A stretch of 21,984 nt of DNA from assembly GCF_006345805.1 (NCBI RefSeq), contig NW_021836968.1:1-21984 (forward strand), in the 5' to 3' direction. This DNA comes from Octopus sinensis. Taxonomy: Eukaryota. Shown in pieces: positions 21,148 to 21,984 of this stretch; the stretch's first letter is position 1, and the number at the start of each line of letters is the position of its first letter. The translations under genes were made by a program, and so were the position numbers. The notes below the pieces were generated by a model, which saw only the letters and a list, made by a program, of their open reading frames with translations, searched no databases and was not told the origin of the DNA.

Positions 21148-21365
21148 TCAGAAAAAAATAAGTGGGTGTAAGTGTTTGTGAGTGGGTGCGGGTGCGTGAG
21201 TGTGTCTGTGTGTACTCACATACACACATGCCCACCCGCACGCACACGCACATGCACACTATATATATATACATTATATAATATATATATATACATATTT
21301 ATACACACAACATACCACACCATCATATATACATGTATCTATAAATACATATACATATATTATGT

Positions 21366-21426
<61 letters not shown>

Positions 21427-21801
21427 GGAGGCCAATGGCCCAGTGGTTAGGGCAGCGGACTCGCGGTCATAGGATCGCGGTTTCAATTCCCAGACCGTTT
21501 ATGTGAGTGTTTATTGAGCGATAACACCTAAAAGCTCCACGAGGCTCCGGCAGGGGATGGTGGTGATCACTGCTGTACTCTTTCACCACAACTTTCTCTC
21601 ACTCTTACTTCCTGTTTCTGTTGTACCTGTATTTCAAGGAGCCGGATTTGTCACTCTCTGTGTCACGCTGAATATCCCCGAGAACTACGTTAAGGGTACA
21701 CGTGTTGTGGAGTGCTCAGCCACTTACACGTTAATTTCTCGAGCAGGCTGTTCTGTTGATTCGGATCAACCGGAACCTCGTCGTCGTAACCGACGGAGTG
21801 C
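21427..21801 (+). mobile_element. Apparently full-length, younger tRNA-derived SINE inserted in (TA)n
   Basis: A-box TGGCCCAGTGG at 21436-21446, B-box-like GGTTTCAATTCC at 21479-21490, tail ending cgtcgtaaccgacggagtgc. Confidence 0.8.
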
Positions 21802-21836
21802 TTGTCTCTGTGTGTAATATATATATATATATTATA

Positions 21837-21984
21837 TCTATATATAAAACTGAAATGCCGTTTTTAACCGCTTGGTTCGCTTTCAATGCCACTACATCCC
21901 GTCCGATTCGCTCCAAAATTTACAGGCACATTTAGAATGAGGTGACGATGCGCGTGGGCTACCTTAGAAATCCCTATCTTAAAA
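21837..21984 (+). mobile_element. Possible 5' end of a non-autonomous Helitron-like element
   Basis: A|TCTATATATAAAA start resembles Helitron 5' termini; the 3' hairpin and CTRR end are not in the window. Confidence 0.3.

Noticed and set aside
4814-21486. Dozens of long ORFs rich in YIHT/MYVC/HTHT/IYIY
   Set aside because: They are translations of (TATG)n, (CA)n and (TA)n microsatellites that lack stop codons. A few overlap real exons only at their ends.
21427-21500. tRNA gene
   Set aside because: A and B boxes are present, but no acceptor-stem closure is evident and the sequence runs into a SINE body and tail.

Overview
AT-rich, microsatellite-dense eukaryotic DNA. The SINE sequences resemble octopod cephalopod repeats as I recall them (inference, not a database result). 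Almost all long ORFs in the supplied track are microsatellite artefacts. The main hidden structure is a minus-strand multi-exon gene segment (4595-20244) built from a tandemly duplicated two-exon module: exon A (108 nt) and exon B (69 nt), both phase 2-2, with GT-AG sites and a ~195-nt A-B intron. Spliced, it encodes a ~59-aa Ser/Thr/Asn-rich repeat with several N-glycosylation sequons (8 A-type and 7 B-type exons; one pair frameshifted, one shortened A exon with an in-frame TAG). Its introns hold a triplicated ~300-nt multi-hairpin cassette with a type I hammerhead ribozyme fold, a 5'-inverted Penelope-like retroelement fragment (RT C-terminus, GIY-YIG endonuclease, its own minimal U3-A8 hammerhead), a 30-bp-TIR MITE and several tRNA-derived SINEs. 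The left 4.3 kb has two head-to-head degenerate Gag/ORF1-like zinc-knuckle ORFs, a SINE and a long-TIR MITE with a partial tandem duplication. Frequent 1-bp homopolymer indels suggest an imperfectly polished long-read assembly, so single frameshifts and stops need read-level confirmation.
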